Both the position numbers and the translations under genes were made by a program. 64,000 nt of DNA from an uncultured Chloroflexia bacterium (GTDB lineage: Bacteria > Chloroflexota > Chloroflexia > QHBQ01 > JADMIH01): contig CAWCNY010000005.1 in the NCBI GenBank assembly GCA_963797095.1, forward strand, positions 1 to 64,000. The letters are read 5' to 3'. The first letter of the stretch is position 1, and each line of letters begins with the position of its first letter. Positions 41,841 to 52,040 of this stretch are shown here, piece after piece. The notes below the pieces were generated by a model, which saw only the letters and a program-made list of their open reading frames with translations, did no database searches and was not told the origin of the DNA.

Positions 41841-41968
41841 ATTGCAGCCGCTCGGCGAACTCACTTTCTGATATTTAACACCTAGCCAGGTCTGCCCCAC
41901 CCGGCCACAACGGTTCTTCTCAGGATTGTCCCGGCGCGGTGAGTGACGAGAACTGAAGAGACGAGAAT

Positions 41969-41997
41969 GTAGGGGAGGGTTTGAAACCCTCCCCTAC
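41969..41997. repeat. GTAG-type REP-like palindrome between convergent genes
   Basis: gtaggggagggttt-g-aaaccctcccctac. Confidence 0.75.
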
Positions 41998-42004
41998 CCA
42001 AACG

Positions 42005-43570
42005 CTATCTGACAGCGCTAAGTATCGTGATACCCGGCGTGAGAGCGTTAGGCCCACTGTATGATGAATTTAGAATTTGTACTACGTATTGATCATCAAA
42101 TGTCGCCGTGAACGCCGCGCCGGTATCGAGCCTGTAGGCCAGCATAAGCGAGTGGTTGCCTACGAACCGCCCGCCTTTTTGTACAATGGCGAAGCCCGTC
42201 AAGCCGGCATTTATCTGCCTTGCTTCGCCTTCCACCGCAGTGCCGTCCGTCTTTATCTCCCATACGGCATATTGACTGGTAGATGGATTGTGGAAGAAGA
42301 TATGGGTGTCGTCTATATACGAGATGGCTCTCCAATGGCGGTCTGCCCCAGCCCTGACCCTTTCGGTGACTGGTACCATGTTGGTCAGGTTGCCACTGCT
42401 GTCTACAACGGCGGTCATGTAATGCACGAAGTTATCTATCCGCCCATCGTCCAGGAAGAAGAAGATGTGGCCGTTGTACCCGCCGACGACATCCGCGTAA
42501 GGCACCCCCAGAGTCTTCGTTACAGGCGGCCCAACAATACCATTCACATCAATAGGAACCGCATCCAACACTTTGGTGGAACTGTCGAACAACTCTATCC
42601 AGTTGCCACCTGGAGAGGTCACACTGGTGCGACCCGCGCGGCAGAGAAATTGGGTAAGTTGATTGAATGATCCATCGGGGTTAAGTTGCGCTGTATCACA
42701 CAGACCCGACTGCTTGTAGACATCGAGATACCCGCCCTCGGTTGATGCGACGTGCGTCCAGCCCGACGAGTTGAGATTGAAGGTTGGTTGTTTGAAAAGG
42801 GTCCCCTCCTGGTCTATTATGTAAGGTTGCCCCGTTCCAGCACCGTTGAGCAGGAGAACTTGGCCCGTCGGTTCGACCGGCTTGGGAGTTGGGGTCGCAG
42901 TTGGGCCAATTGTAGGCGTCGGCTGGGGGGTCCCTCCGTGCCTCTTGTTGAAGTAAAAGACACCAAGCAGAGACAACAGCACCTCGTTGGGGGTGTTGGC
43001 AAACTCGGGGTGGAACTCGAACACCGCCCTCTCGAAGTACTGGACGGTATAGGTCTTGCCATCGGTGTCGCTCACCTCCGAAAACTCATCGGAAATAGGG
43101 AAGCCTTGCTGTGCGAGGCCACCATGCTCTTCCCAATACTTTCGGAACGCCCCTCCAATCGTCTTACCTGTCTCGGTGAACTTGCGGGGGTTGGTGGTGC
43201 TGGCTTGCTGGTTAGGAGCGTTGCCTGCATACTTCTCATTGGAATAGAAGACGCCCAGAAGGGAGAGAAGAACGTTGAAGGGTGGCTGGTTTTCGGGGTG
43301 CAACTCGAAGACGGCGCGCTCGAAATATTGCATTGTATAGGTCTTGCCATCGGTGTCCGACTGCTCCTGGAGCTCTTCTGAGATGGGGAAGCCTTGCTGG
43401 GCCAGCCCGCCGTGCGTGTTCCAGTAAGTGAGGAACAGACCCTTCACCGTATGTCCGGTTTCGGGGAAAAAGCGCGTGTCGTCGGCTTTCGCCACGCCCC
43501 CGGCCGCTGGAAAGGTGGCAACGGCCAATGCCATAATCGCCAGCACAAAAGACCATCTTTGCTTGATCAT
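42005..43570 (-). CDS. secreted protein with two FPETG-type repeats and a beta-rich C-terminal domain
   Basis: signal peptide; FFPETGH..YW..GGL..GFPISE..QYFERAVFE x2; PT linker. Confidence 0.8.
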   Translation of the reverse strand: MIKQRWSFVLAIMALAVATFPAAGGVAKADDTRFFPETGHTVKGLFLTYWNTHGGLAQQGFPISEELQEQSDTDGKTYTMQYFERAVFELHPENQPPFNVLLSLLGVFYSNEKYAGNAPNQQASTTNPRKFTETGKTIGGAFRKYWEEHGGLAQQGFPISDEFSEVSDTDGKTYTVQYFERAVFEFHPEFANTPNEVLLSLLGVFYFNKRHGGTPQPTPTIGPTATPTPKPVEPTGQVLLLNGAGTGQPYIIDQEGTLFKQPTFNLNSSGWTHVASTEGGYLDVYKQSGLCDTAQLNPDGSFNQLTQFLCRAGRTSVTSPGGNWIELFDSSTKVLDAVPIDVNGIVGPPVTKTLGVPYADVVGGYNGHIFFFLDDGRIDNFVHYMTAVVDSSGNLTNMVPVTERVRAGADRHWRAISYIDDTHIFFHNPSTSQYAVWEIKTDGTAVEGEARQINAGLTGFAIVQKGGRFVGNHSLMLAYRLDTGAAFTATFDDQYVVQILNSSYSGPNALTPGITILSAVR

Positions 43571-43672
43571 CGGTATGCTCGGCTTTCCCGCAGATGCGGA
43601 CTAAATCTCAACCTCTTATCCAAGGCAAAACATCAAACGGCCATAAAAAAGGCGTGGGCAGGATTGGCCTTG

Positions 43673-43701
43673 ATAGTAGCAGAAATACCACCCCAAGTCA
43701 A
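43673..43701 (-). promoter_or_regulatory. sigma70-like promoter for the 43570 gene
   Basis: TTGACT(43701-43696)-17-TACTAT(43678-43673). Confidence 0.65.
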
Positions 43702-43715
43702 TCCATTCGTGAACG

Positions 43716-45204
43716 GTAAATGTCCAGAGTTGCGGTGGGGCAATTTCCACGATATTGTATGAGGCATGAGCTGGGAAGAAGAAGTAATGGCTTTGCGGGC
43801 TGAAGTAGTCATCCTCAAAGAGCAGCTTGCCCAAGCATTGGCTGCGAACAGCCAGTTGCAGGCACAACTAGACAAGTACCGAAGCGAACCACCCTCTTTC
43901 GTCAAGCCCAACACTGCCAAGTCCAAAGACCAGGCTAACTCCGAGAAGAAACCACGCCGCAAACGAGCCAAAGACCAAAATGGTGCCAGGCGTAGAGAGC
44001 AAACGCCTACCCAAACGGTGCAGCACCACATAGAGATGTGCCCTGACTGTGGATATGGACTAAGCCAGCCCCAACTGGCCTCCGGCTCCAGACGCCAGGT
44101 GATAGAACTCCCTCCTCCCCTTCCTGTAGAAGTCACCGAGCACCAGTTGTTCAAGAGTTGGTGCGCCCGATGCTCCAAATGGCATTATCCTCCACTCGAT
44201 TTGAGCGCTCAGGGGGAGGTGATTGGACAAAGCAGAATGGGGATACGCATCGCCTCCCTGATAGCTTACTTACGCACCACCCTGAGAATGCCGGTGCGTC
44301 TGATTAGAGAATACCTGCACATCGTGCACAACTTGCTCATCTCTACAGGTGAGATTGCGGACCTGCTGCACCGAGTGGCCGAGGCAGAGAAGGTGAGAAA
44401 AGCAGCACAAGATATCAAAGAGGGGATAAGACAGAGCAGTGTGGTGCATGGGGACGAGACAGGGTGGCGAGAAGGTGGGCAGAATGGCTATATCTGGTGC
44501 TTCTGCACGCCCCATGGTGAGCGATACTACGAGTATGACCACAGTCGGGGAGGAGCAGTGGCCAGGCGCATCCTCGGCTCACAGTTCAAGGGTACACTGG
44601 TCACCGACTTCTACGCGGCACACAATGAATTCCCAGGAGAACACCAACGATGCTGGGTGCATCTGCTGAGGGACTTACACGAGTTGAAGGAAGAGCACAA
44701 AGGGAATGAAGAAGTGGTGGAGTGGGCCAAAGGGGTGCGGGTTCTGTATGACACAGCCCAAGAGTGCCTGCATTCCCCCTGTTCAGAGCATGGTCCACCA
44801 AGCCAACAAGAGAGAGAAGTGTTGTACATACAGCTAATGGAAGGTGTGAGAGAGTTGGGAGGTAAGTACGCCTCAGCCAAGCCTCACAAGGAGCACCCAT
44901 GCCACACACTATGCAAGAGGCTGCTTCGCCACCAGGACGAGCTATTCCGCTTCGTACTACAAAGTGGCCTCTCGGCGGACAACAACCTGGCGGAGAGGAG
45001 TGTGCGGGCGGTGGTGGTGATGCGCAAGGTGTCGGGAGGGTCGCAATCAGCAAGGGGGAGTGCCACACGCATGAGGCTGGCTACATTGTTCGGCACCTGG
45101 CGAGCCAAGGGTCTCAACCCCTTCTTTGAGTGTTTCACCCTCCTCTCTCAACCCCAACCCCAGCCCCAACCCCAGCCCCTCACACCCTAATTCTGAACGC
45201 TATC
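43716..45204 (+). mobile_element. IS66-family element, single ORF (ISBst12-like)
   Basis: imperfect IRs gtaaatgtccagagttg / taattctgaacgctatc; direct repeat tcgtgaacgg at 43707-43716 and 45203-45212 contains the target duplication. Confidence 0.85.
43766..45190 (+). CDS. IS66-family transposase
   Basis: coiled coil, CPDCG, HGDETGWR, LVTDFY, QRCWVHLLR, DNNLAERSVR. Confidence 0.94.
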   Translation: MSWEEEVMALRAEVVILKEQLAQALAANSQLQAQLDKYRSEPPSFVKPNTAKSKDQANSEKKPRRKRAKDQNGARRREQTPTQTVQHHIEMCPDCGYGLSQPQLASGSRRQVIELPPPLPVEVTEHQLFKSWCARCSKWHYPPLDLSAQGEVIGQSRMGIRIASLIAYLRTTLRMPVRLIREYLHIVHNLLISTGEIADLLHRVAEAEKVRKAAQDIKEGIRQSSVVHGDETGWREGGQNGYIWCFCTPHGERYYEYDHSRGGAVARRILGSQFKGTLVTDFYAAHNEFPGEHQRCWVHLLRDLHELKEEHKGNEEVVEWAKGVRVLYDTAQECLHSPCSEHGPPSQQEREVLYIQLMEGVRELGGKYASAKPHKEHPCHTLCKRLLRHQDELFRFVLQSGLSADNNLAERSVRAVVVMRKVSGGSQSARGSATRMRLATLFGTWRAKGLNPFFECFTLLSQPQPQPQPQPLTP

Positions 45205-45215
45205 GTGAACGGAAG

Positions 45216-45401
45216 CAGGCTCTATTCAAAGTCAGGAAGATGCTGGTTGCAAGAGAGCTAACTACGCCTTGTCATTCTTCGCTGCGCGAAGAATTTGAGA
45301 TATCAGGCATGGCACCAAGCTGGGCATCTCAGATTCTGAGCGCAGCGAAGAATGACATACCCCAACTTGGCACTGCATTCCCCGACTCTGAATAGACCCT
45401 G
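45216..45401. mobile_element. non-autonomous element bounded by ISAs1-type ends
   Basis: caggctctattcaaagtcagg / cccgactctgaatagaccctg match each other (18/21) and the ISAs1 end ctgactttgaatagaccctg at 48891-48910. Confidence 0.75.
45270..45357. repeat. inverted REP pair (REPIN-like), GTCATYCTGAGC..GCGAAG type
   Basis: tgtcattcttcgctgcgc / gcgcagcgaagaatgaca perfect 18-bp IR; related single copy at 62442. Confidence 0.7.
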
Positions 45402-45417
45402 TCCGGCGCGCGTTTGC

Positions 45418-45446
45418 TTGACACCACTCCTCTGGTGTGGTACAAT
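45418..45446 (+). promoter_or_regulatory. sigma70 promoter of tRNA-fMet
   Basis: TTGACA-17-TACAAT with extended TG. Confidence 0.85.
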
Positions 45447-45457
45447 CATTAAGTTGA

Positions 45458-45532
45458 CGCGGGGTGGAGCAGTGGAAGCTCGTTGGGCTCATAACCCAAA
45501 GGTCGTAGGTTCGAATCCTACCCCCGCTACCA
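45458..45532 (+). tRNA. initiator tRNA-Met (CAT)
   Basis: cloverleaf, C1 mismatch, GGG/CCC in the anticodon stem, GGTTCGAATCC, encoded CCA. Confidence 0.97.
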
Positions 45533-45535
45533 TTC

Positions 45536-45563
45536 GAGGAACCTCCAGGAGGTTCCTCTTTTT
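45536..45563 (+). terminator. intrinsic terminator
   Basis: gaggaacctcc-a-ggaggttcctc followed by ttttt. Confidence 0.85.
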
Positions 45564-45743
45564 GTTATCTCCCACCTGCTGTATACTATTGACATCTAAC
45601 ATGGCGTGGCCTGGAACAGACTGCCTCCCGGTGCACCCAAATGGTAGTTTCAAGTTCTGCTTCAACAGTCAGGCATTGAACTTCGCGGATTGCATGTAAC
45701 CGGCCTGCCAACATTAAAAACTCTTCGTACACAGGAGACCTTA

Positions 45744-47558
45744 ATGGAAACCAAAACCATACCGACACGGGCCGAAGTGCCGGCGGCATACAAGTGGGAC
45801 CTCGAAGTAATATTCCCACAGGACACTCAATGGGAAGACGAGTTCAGCCAGGTAAGCCCATTGGTGGACCAATTGAAAGCCTTCCAGGGACGCCTCGGAG
45901 AAAGCGCTGATACCCTCCTTGCCGCCCTCAAACTACGCGACGACATCAGCCACAGGCTTGAAAGGCTTTTTGCGTACGCCCGCATGCGGCGCGACGAGGA
46001 CAACACTAGAGCCCACTATCAGGCACTGGAGGACAGGGCACGCGCCCTCTATACTCGCGTTGAAGAGGCTTCGTCCTTCTTCAACCCTGAGATGCTCGAA
46101 GTCGGGCAAGACAAGGTTATGCAGTTCGCCGCCACCAACGACGACTTGAAGGTATACGAGCATCTTCTGGACGATCTCTTCCGCGAAAAAGAGCACATGC
46201 TGAGCGCCCCCGAAGAGGCTTTGCTTGCCGGTGCGAGCGAAGTAGCGGCAGGCCCTTCGCAAATCTTCGACATGCTGAACGATGCCGACATGACCTTCGG
46301 CGAGATCGAAGACGAAGAAGGTAGCAAGGTTCCCCTGAGCCAGGGCCGCTACTTGCGATACATCCTTTCCTCCAATCGCCAGGTGCGCCGCAACGCCTTC
46401 CTCAAGTTCCATGAGGCTTATCACCACAACCGCAACACCATCGCGGCCTGCTATTCCACCCAGGTGAAAGCCGACATCTTCTACTCCCGCGCGCGCAAGT
46501 ACGGCTCTTCCCTCGAAGCCGCTCTGTTCAGGGACAACATCCCCGCGAGTGTGTACGATAACCTCATCGGAGCCGTGCACAACAGGATGGACCTCCTCTA
46601 CAGGTATTTGGAGCTTCGCAAGCGCACGCTGGGTCTGGATGAGCTCCACATGTACGACCTGCATGTGCCGCTCGTTCCCGAAGCCGAAAGTGAGTTTCCA
46701 TTCGACCGCTCGGCACGAATAGTGGAGGAAGCGGTCGCGCCCCTTGGTGAAAAATATCAGGCTGCCGTCAAAGAGGGCTTCACCTCGCGCTGGTCAGACG
46801 TCTATGAAACCGTGGGCAAGACTTCGGGCGCTTACAGTTGGGGCGTTTATGGAACCCACCCCGTGATGCTGCTCAACCATCAGGACACCTTGCGCGATGT
46901 CTTCACCCTGGCTCACGAAACCGGCCACTCCATCCACACCTACTACACCTTCAAGAATCAGCCCTACGTTTATGGCAACTACACCCTCTTCGTGGCCGAG
47001 GTGGCATCTACTCTCAACGAGGAACTTCTCACCGACTACCTGCTAAAAAGCTCGAACGACAGGGACGTAAAACTGGCCGTGGTAAACCACAGCTTGGAAC
47101 AATTCAGGACCACCCTCTACAGGCAGACCATGTTCGCCGAGTTCGAGAAGATCGCACACGAACGCGCTGAAGGGGGCGAAGCGCTAACCGCCGACCTCCT
47201 CTCCGAGATCCACTACGACCTGAACAAGCTATATCACGGCGACGGTGTAAACGTGGACTCGGAGGTCGCGATTGAATGGGCAAGAATCCCCCACTTCTAT
47301 CGCAGCTTCTACGTCTACAAGTATGCCACAGGCATCTCGGCAGCGGTCGCCTTGTCTCAGCAGATCCTGACTGAGGGACAGCCTGCCGTGGACAGGTACT
47401 TGCAGTTCCTGAGCAAGGGCAGCAGCATGTACTCGATAGACCTCCTGCGCGATGCAGGCGTCGATATGTCCACCCCCGACCCGGTAAACCGGGCTCTCAG
47501 CAGCTTTGAGAAGCGCCTGGACGAAATGGAGCAGCTGCTCGGCATAACCGTAAGCTAA
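45744..47558 (+). CDS. pepF: oligoendopeptidase F
   Basis: YKWDL, GKTSGAYS, TLAHETGHSIH, FVAEVAST, WARIPHFY..YVYKYATG. Confidence 0.95.
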   Translation: METKTIPTRAEVPAAYKWDLEVIFPQDTQWEDEFSQVSPLVDQLKAFQGRLGESADTLLAALKLRDDISHRLERLFAYARMRRDEDNTRAHYQALEDRARALYTRVEEASSFFNPEMLEVGQDKVMQFAATNDDLKVYEHLLDDLFREKEHMLSAPEEALLAGASEVAAGPSQIFDMLNDADMTFGEIEDEEGSKVPLSQGRYLRYILSSNRQVRRNAFLKFHEAYHHNRNTIAACYSTQVKADIFYSRARKYGSSLEAALFRDNIPASVYDNLIGAVHNRMDLLYRYLELRKRTLGLDELHMYDLHVPLVPEAESEFPFDRSARIVEEAVAPLGEKYQAAVKEGFTSRWSDVYETVGKTSGAYSWGVYGTHPVMLLNHQDTLRDVFTLAHETGHSIHTYYTFKNQPYVYGNYTLFVAEVASTLNEELLTDYLLKSSNDRDVKLAVVNHSLEQFRTTLYRQTMFAEFEKIAHERAEGGEALTADLLSEIHYDLNKLYHGDGVNVDSEVAIEWARIPHFYRSFYVYKYATGISAAVALSQQILTEGQPAVDRYLQFLSKGSSMYSIDLLRDAGVDMSTPDPVNRALSSFEKRLDEMEQLLGITVS

Positions 47559-47639
47559 CGCCCACAGGCCAACGAAACCGGAGTATGCCTCACCCCTGAT
47601 CGCAAACTCGCCGGTACATGACCCGTTTCCAATTTCCAA

Positions 47640-47680
47640 AACAGAGAGGAATGGCAATATATTCTCCATTCCTCTCTGTT
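47640..47680. terminator. 15-bp stem-loop downstream of pepF
   Basis: aacagagaggaatgg / ccattcctctctgtt. Confidence 0.5.
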
Positions 47681-47847
47681 CGTGAACTTCCCTCGCATTC
47701 CGGCCAACCCAGTGACTCCCGTGGCCTACCTGACAAAATCGAGCGCGATCCATTTCAACTGCACTTCAGCATGACCATTCGTAGGATCAAATCGTAATTG
47801 CGCCAGCGGCCCGCTAAGTTCGTCAAATGTGATGAAAGTCCAATAGA

Positions 47848-48910
47848 CATGGGTGCCGCCGGCTAGGCTTTACTCGCCCCAAATCCCCTAGCCAGTCCAC
47901 CATACATCGCATCTTTTTCGGAGTGGATGCGCAGGTGCTTGAGGCTAAACTGACACAGTGGGCTGAAGCAGTGCTCATGGCTTTGCGAACAAGGGTCGCC
48001 CAAGAGGGAGAAGGTCTGGAATGGGTAGAGTGGGAGGCAGTTGCTGTTGATGGGAAAAGTCCAAGAGGTTCTCGTAAGCAGGGAGATGCCAATGCCCATC
48101 TGCTGAGCGCCCTCAGCCAGAGTATAGGATTGGTGTTGGGGCAGGTAGCCGTGGACGACAAGACCAACGAAATCAATGCTATGCTTGACCTACTCGCTGC
48201 CCTGGTGCTGCGTGGCAAAGTGATTACGGGCGACGCCTTGCTCACTCAGCATAAGATAGCCAAGCAGATTGTAGAACATGGAGGTGATTACCTGCTGGTG
48301 GTCAAGGACAACCAGCCGTTGTTGCGAGAGGATATAGAGGCGGTGTTTGAAGCTCCCCACATGTTGGACCTGACCCCGCAGGACTTATCCCGCAGGAGTT
48401 ATCTTCCGAACGCTGTGCGCGAGAGGTGAGCATGCATGGTAATCGCATAGAAGAGCGAGTGCTGCGTCGCTCCACTGCTCTGGTTGATTGCTACAGCAGC
48501 CTGAGCCTCGCAGGTGGGGAGGAGTTGTGGGCGGGCTTGGGGCAGGTGTTACAAATAAAGCGCACCATCACCGACAAGCGCACGGGGCGTACAACCACAG
48601 AAGTGGCCCATGCCATCACCTCCCTCTCACCGCAGCGTGCGACTCCTGCTCAGTTGCTGAGAGCCTGGAGAGAACACTGGCATATAGAGAACAAGCTTCA
48701 CTGGGTGCGAGATGTGACCTTTGATGAGGACCGCTCAACTGTGCGTGCGGGGAGCATACCTCAGGTGATGGCAGCTTTGCGCAATCTTGCCATCAGTTTG
48801 TTGCGCCTCCTCGGAGCCCTAACATAGCCAAAGCTTGCCGCTTTTGTGCTGCTCGTCCTGCTCAGGTGCTGGCTGCCCTTGGCTGCCTTTCTGACTTTGA
48901 ATAGACCCTG
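47848..48910 (+). mobile_element. ISAs1-family remnant, 5'-truncated and frameshifted
   Basis: [29 protein letters not shown]; second frame HGNRIEER, HWHIENKLHWVRDVTFDED, LRNLAI; right end ctgactttgaatagaccctg. Confidence 0.88.
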
Positions 48911-48927
48911 CCCCCGCCGCATCCGCC

Positions 48928-48956
48928 TTGCGCTTTCCTACCCGATCTGATATAAT
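48928..48956 (+). promoter_or_regulatory. sigma70 promoter of rpsT
   Basis: TTGCGC-17-TATAAT with extended TG. Confidence 0.7.
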
Positions 48957-49072
48957 CAACTTTGCGGTCCAAAACAGGACCGAAATTAGATTGCCCAACT
49001 TGAAGCCGGCGTATGCGTCGGCAATCATTCATACAAAGCACGCAGAGTATCATTACCGGAGGAAAGACTCAC

Positions 49073-49336
49073 TTGGCGAACATCAAATCCGCACTCAAAA
49101 GAATACGCTCCTCGGCGCGCAAACGGGCGCGCAACAAGCCTGTACGCTCCGCCCTCAAGACCTATGTAAAGTCCGCCCAGATGCAAATCGCTGCCGGCAG
49201 CGACGAATCGCCTCAGGCCGTCGTACTCGCCATCAGCGCCCTAGACAAGGCCGCCAGCAAGGGCATAATCCACAAGAACCAGGCCGCCCGCCGCAAGGCA
49301 CGCCTCATGGCAAAGCTCAACAACGCGGTACAATAA
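49073..49336 (+). CDS. rpsT: 30S ribosomal protein S20
   Basis: TTG start after ggagg; [30 protein letters not shown]. Confidence 0.97.
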   Translation: MANIKSALKRIRSSARKRARNKPVRSALKTYVKSAQMQIAAGSDESPQAVVLAISALDKAASKGIIHKNQAARRKARLMAKLNNAVQ

Positions 49337-49445
49337 ACCACCGAACACCTGGTATCACACTCATATTTGGACGAGAGCAATACGCCCTCGTCCTTTTGCT
49401 ATTTCCGTCCATAAGATCAATAATTCAAGATCCAAACCACGCAAC

Positions 49446-49494
49446 CAGGAAGCAGGAAGCAGGAAGCAGGAACCAGAAACTAGGAACTAGGAAC
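49446..49494. repeat. degenerate heptamer tandem repeat (CAGGAAG/TAGGAAC)x7
   Basis: direct reading. Confidence 0.85.
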
Positions 49495-49517
49495 CGGCTG
49501 CAAGGAGCGACAAACCC

Positions 49518-50288
49518 ATGATCCAAAGCATTGATCACATAGTTATCCTCGTAACCAATCTTGAGCAAGCCATCGACGATTACACCGCGCTCGGCTTTAG
49601 AGTAATGCCGGGAGGCGAGCACACCGGCGGCCTCAGCCACAACGCCTTGATCGCGTTCGAGGACGGCTCCTATCTTGAGCTAATCGCATTCCGAGGCCCC
49701 ATCCCACCCGACCACCTATTCTACAGAGAAGGCGTCACCGAGGGCTTGATAACCTATGCCCTCCTCCCCACCGACATCGAAGCCGATGTGGCGGCAGCCC
49801 GCACGCGCGGCCTCAACTATGAGGGGCCACGCCCGGGTGGTCGCCTCAAACCTGATGGCACGCGTATAGAATGGCAAATCGCAACTCCATCGTCTTACGA
49901 CCTACCTTTCCTCTGTGGCGATGTAACACCCCGCGACCTTCGCGTTCCCACCGGCAACGCCCAAAAACACGAAAACGGCGTGACCGGTATCAACACACTG
50001 ACCCTCTGCGTCAAGAACCTGCGTGAGAGTATTCAGAAATACTCGGCTCTACTTGGCGAAGATCCGTACCGGTCCTTCCAGGGAGAGCCAGATCACTCTT
50101 CCAAACGTGTAGCCCGGTTCCGCGTCGGAGAGTCCGGGATAATGCTCAACTCGCCTGGAACGCCCGGCAAAGTCCGCGAAGGCGCGAACGCTCTAGGCCT
50201 CCAATCGAGCTCCGCACACCTGCTAAATCTCGACCAGTCAAGAACGCACGGAGTTCCTCTACTGCTAGTTCCCAAAAGCAAAGAATAA
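49518..50288 (+). CDS. VOC/glyoxalase-like family protein
   Basis: IDHIVI, GGEH..HNALI.F.DGSYLEL, LPFLCGD. Confidence 0.88.
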   Translation: MIQSIDHIVILVTNLEQAIDDYTALGFRVMPGGEHTGGLSHNALIAFEDGSYLELIAFRGPIPPDHLFYREGVTEGLITYALLPTDIEADVAAARTRGLNYEGPRPGGRLKPDGTRIEWQIATPSSYDLPFLCGDVTPRDLRVPTGNAQKHENGVTGINTLTLCVKNLRESIQKYSALLGEDPYRSFQGEPDHSSKRVARFRVGESGIMLNSPGTPGKVREGANALGLQSSSAHLLNLDQSRTHGVPLLLVPKSKE

Positions 50289-50329
50289 CCCCACCTCATA
50301 AGCAAATACGCAGTACGCAATATACCCCA

Positions 50330-51352
50330 CTACCCGCACATCTCCACCACCAGCGCGTCCAGCGACAACTCAGCGTCTGCCTTCCCGGTCTTCACCCCGT
50401 GGTCAAGCACCAGTAGCTTGCGGTGTATCTCCAGCAACTTCTTCATATCGAACTGCCGCGCCTGTCCCACCGCCTTGCGCACAGTAAAATCACTCAATCC
50501 CGACCTCTCGGCCATCCTCCCCTCTGACACCCGCTGGTCAAGCATATCGCGCACCTGGATCAACGTCCGTATCTGCCAGGCCAGCACCGGCAATATCCCC
50601 TCAGGCGACGTTCCCCCGTCCACCAGTCGCTGCAACTGCGCCAATGCCCCCCGTGTATCCCTTCGAGCAGCCGCCGAAGTCATCTCAAACACATCGTCCG
50701 CCTTCGATACCCAGCTCATCTTCTGCAATACCTTCTCGTCAACCGTCCCGCCCTTCCCCACATACAGCGACAACTTCTCAAGCTCATTCGTCAGTGCCGC
50801 CAGGTCCCCGATGGACGCCCCCAACAGCGACAACGCCCCAGGAGTCACCCGCATCCCCAACGCTCGTGCCCGCTCGCCTATCCACCGCTCAAGCGCCGCC
50901 CCCTTCGGTGTAATATGCTCCTCCACCTTCCCGTACCGGGTCGCCGCCTTCAACAAGGCGCTGTTCTTCGCTACCGCCCATCGTTCAACCAATATCAGAA
51001 TCGTGGTATCGGGAACCGAACCAAACACAGACGCGAATCCCTCGGTCAAGCCGGGGTCGGCCTTCCCCCTGCCCCTTGCAGGCGCACCGGCCGTCTCGCC
51101 TCCGTCACCGTCCCCTCCCCTGCTCCCCGCGAACCTCGTCAACAAACCATCGACAACCACCACCCGCCTATCCCCGAAAAACCCATAAGCCTGCACTGCC
51201 CGCGCCAGCTCGTCAGGCAACAGCCGCGCGCCATCCATCCTGGTCATATTCAGGTCGCCAAACCCATCATCCTCAGGCTTATACTTCGCCAGGTAATTTT
51301 GCAGACTCTGCCCAACCAGATAGCGGTCAGGCCCAACAAGCGCGATCAACAT
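50330..51352 (-). CDS. holA: DNA polymerase III subunit delta
   Basis: FFGDRRVVVV, NELEKLSLY, VF, DHGVKTG; near rpsT. Confidence 0.9.
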   Translation of the reverse strand: MLIALVGPDRYLVGQSLQNYLAKYKPEDDGFGDLNMTRMDGARLLPDELARAVQAYGFFGDRRVVVVDGLLTRFAGSRGGDGDGGETAGAPARGRGKADPGLTEGFASVFGSVPDTTILILVERWAVAKNSALLKAATRYGKVEEHITPKGAALERWIGERARALGMRVTPGALSLLGASIGDLAALTNELEKLSLYVGKGGTVDEKVLQKMSWVSKADDVFEMTSAAARRDTRGALAQLQRLVDGGTSPEGILPVLAWQIRTLIQVRDMLDQRVSEGRMAERSGLSDFTVRKAVGQARQFDMKKLLEIHRKLLVLDHGVKTGKADAELSLDALVVEMCG

Positions 51353-51446
51353 TTCAAATCAAGTACAGAACAAAGTGGTCTGCGATCATTCTATCAGACA
51401 ACGTGCACGCTCACTCCGAAATCCGCATCCCCACATTAAAAGAAAA

Positions 51447-51626
51447 CGGCCCTGGATGCGGCCGTAAAGGTTTTGAACCTGCTATTCGCAGGTGGGTGCC
51501 GTTCTTCAGGTTATCGCGTTACCGGGCATTTTCTTTGTACCCAGCGTACGCGGCCCCATCCGCTGCCGGCTCCCTATATTATTGTTAGGATCAAAACCTT
51601 TTTACGGCCTGTACACCACAGGGCTG
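51447..51626 (-). ncRNA. ssrS: 6S RNA
   Basis: minus strand agccctgtggtg..ggccgtaaa..ggttttga / tcaaaacc..tttacggcc..ccagggcc rod; central bubble with GGGAGCC and CGGCACCCACC; T-run at the 3' end. Confidence 0.85.
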
Positions 51627-51634
51627 AGAATGTA

Positions 51635-51663
51635 ACAATACCATACTCGCCCTTCCAAGTCAA
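51635..51663 (-). promoter_or_regulatory. promoter of 6S RNA
   Basis: TTGACT-17-TATTGT with extended TG. Confidence 0.65.
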
Positions 51664-52040
51664 GCAACCCGCGCAATCGTCCAGGGCGGATGCAAAGTCA
51701 GGCGTCAATGCGAAGTTAGCTGGTTGGGCAACCGTGACCGGCATATTGCCAGGTCCGGCTAGGCGTCAATGGCAAGAGCTACTTTCTCGGAAAGGGTTCC
51801 AGCGACCATAATTGCGGGTTCGTGCCTGACTTTGCATCCGCCCTGCGCAATCGTCCCGAATCTCCACCTTCCATACACGTCTTTTGACCTGGATATATAC
51901 CTCCCTCACGCATAATATGAATTGGTGGAGGCTCTCTCGCGGGATCTTCACACAAGGCCAACCTACCGGTGTTGACCACCAACAGTTGACAACTAACGCC
52001 GTTGCCATCGCTAGCTCCCAAACAAAGGAGGAACACCAGC

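Noticed and set aside
45458-45532. tRNA-fMet as an integration (att) site
   Set aside because: No duplicated tRNA 3' end or adjacent integrase; a terminator follows directly
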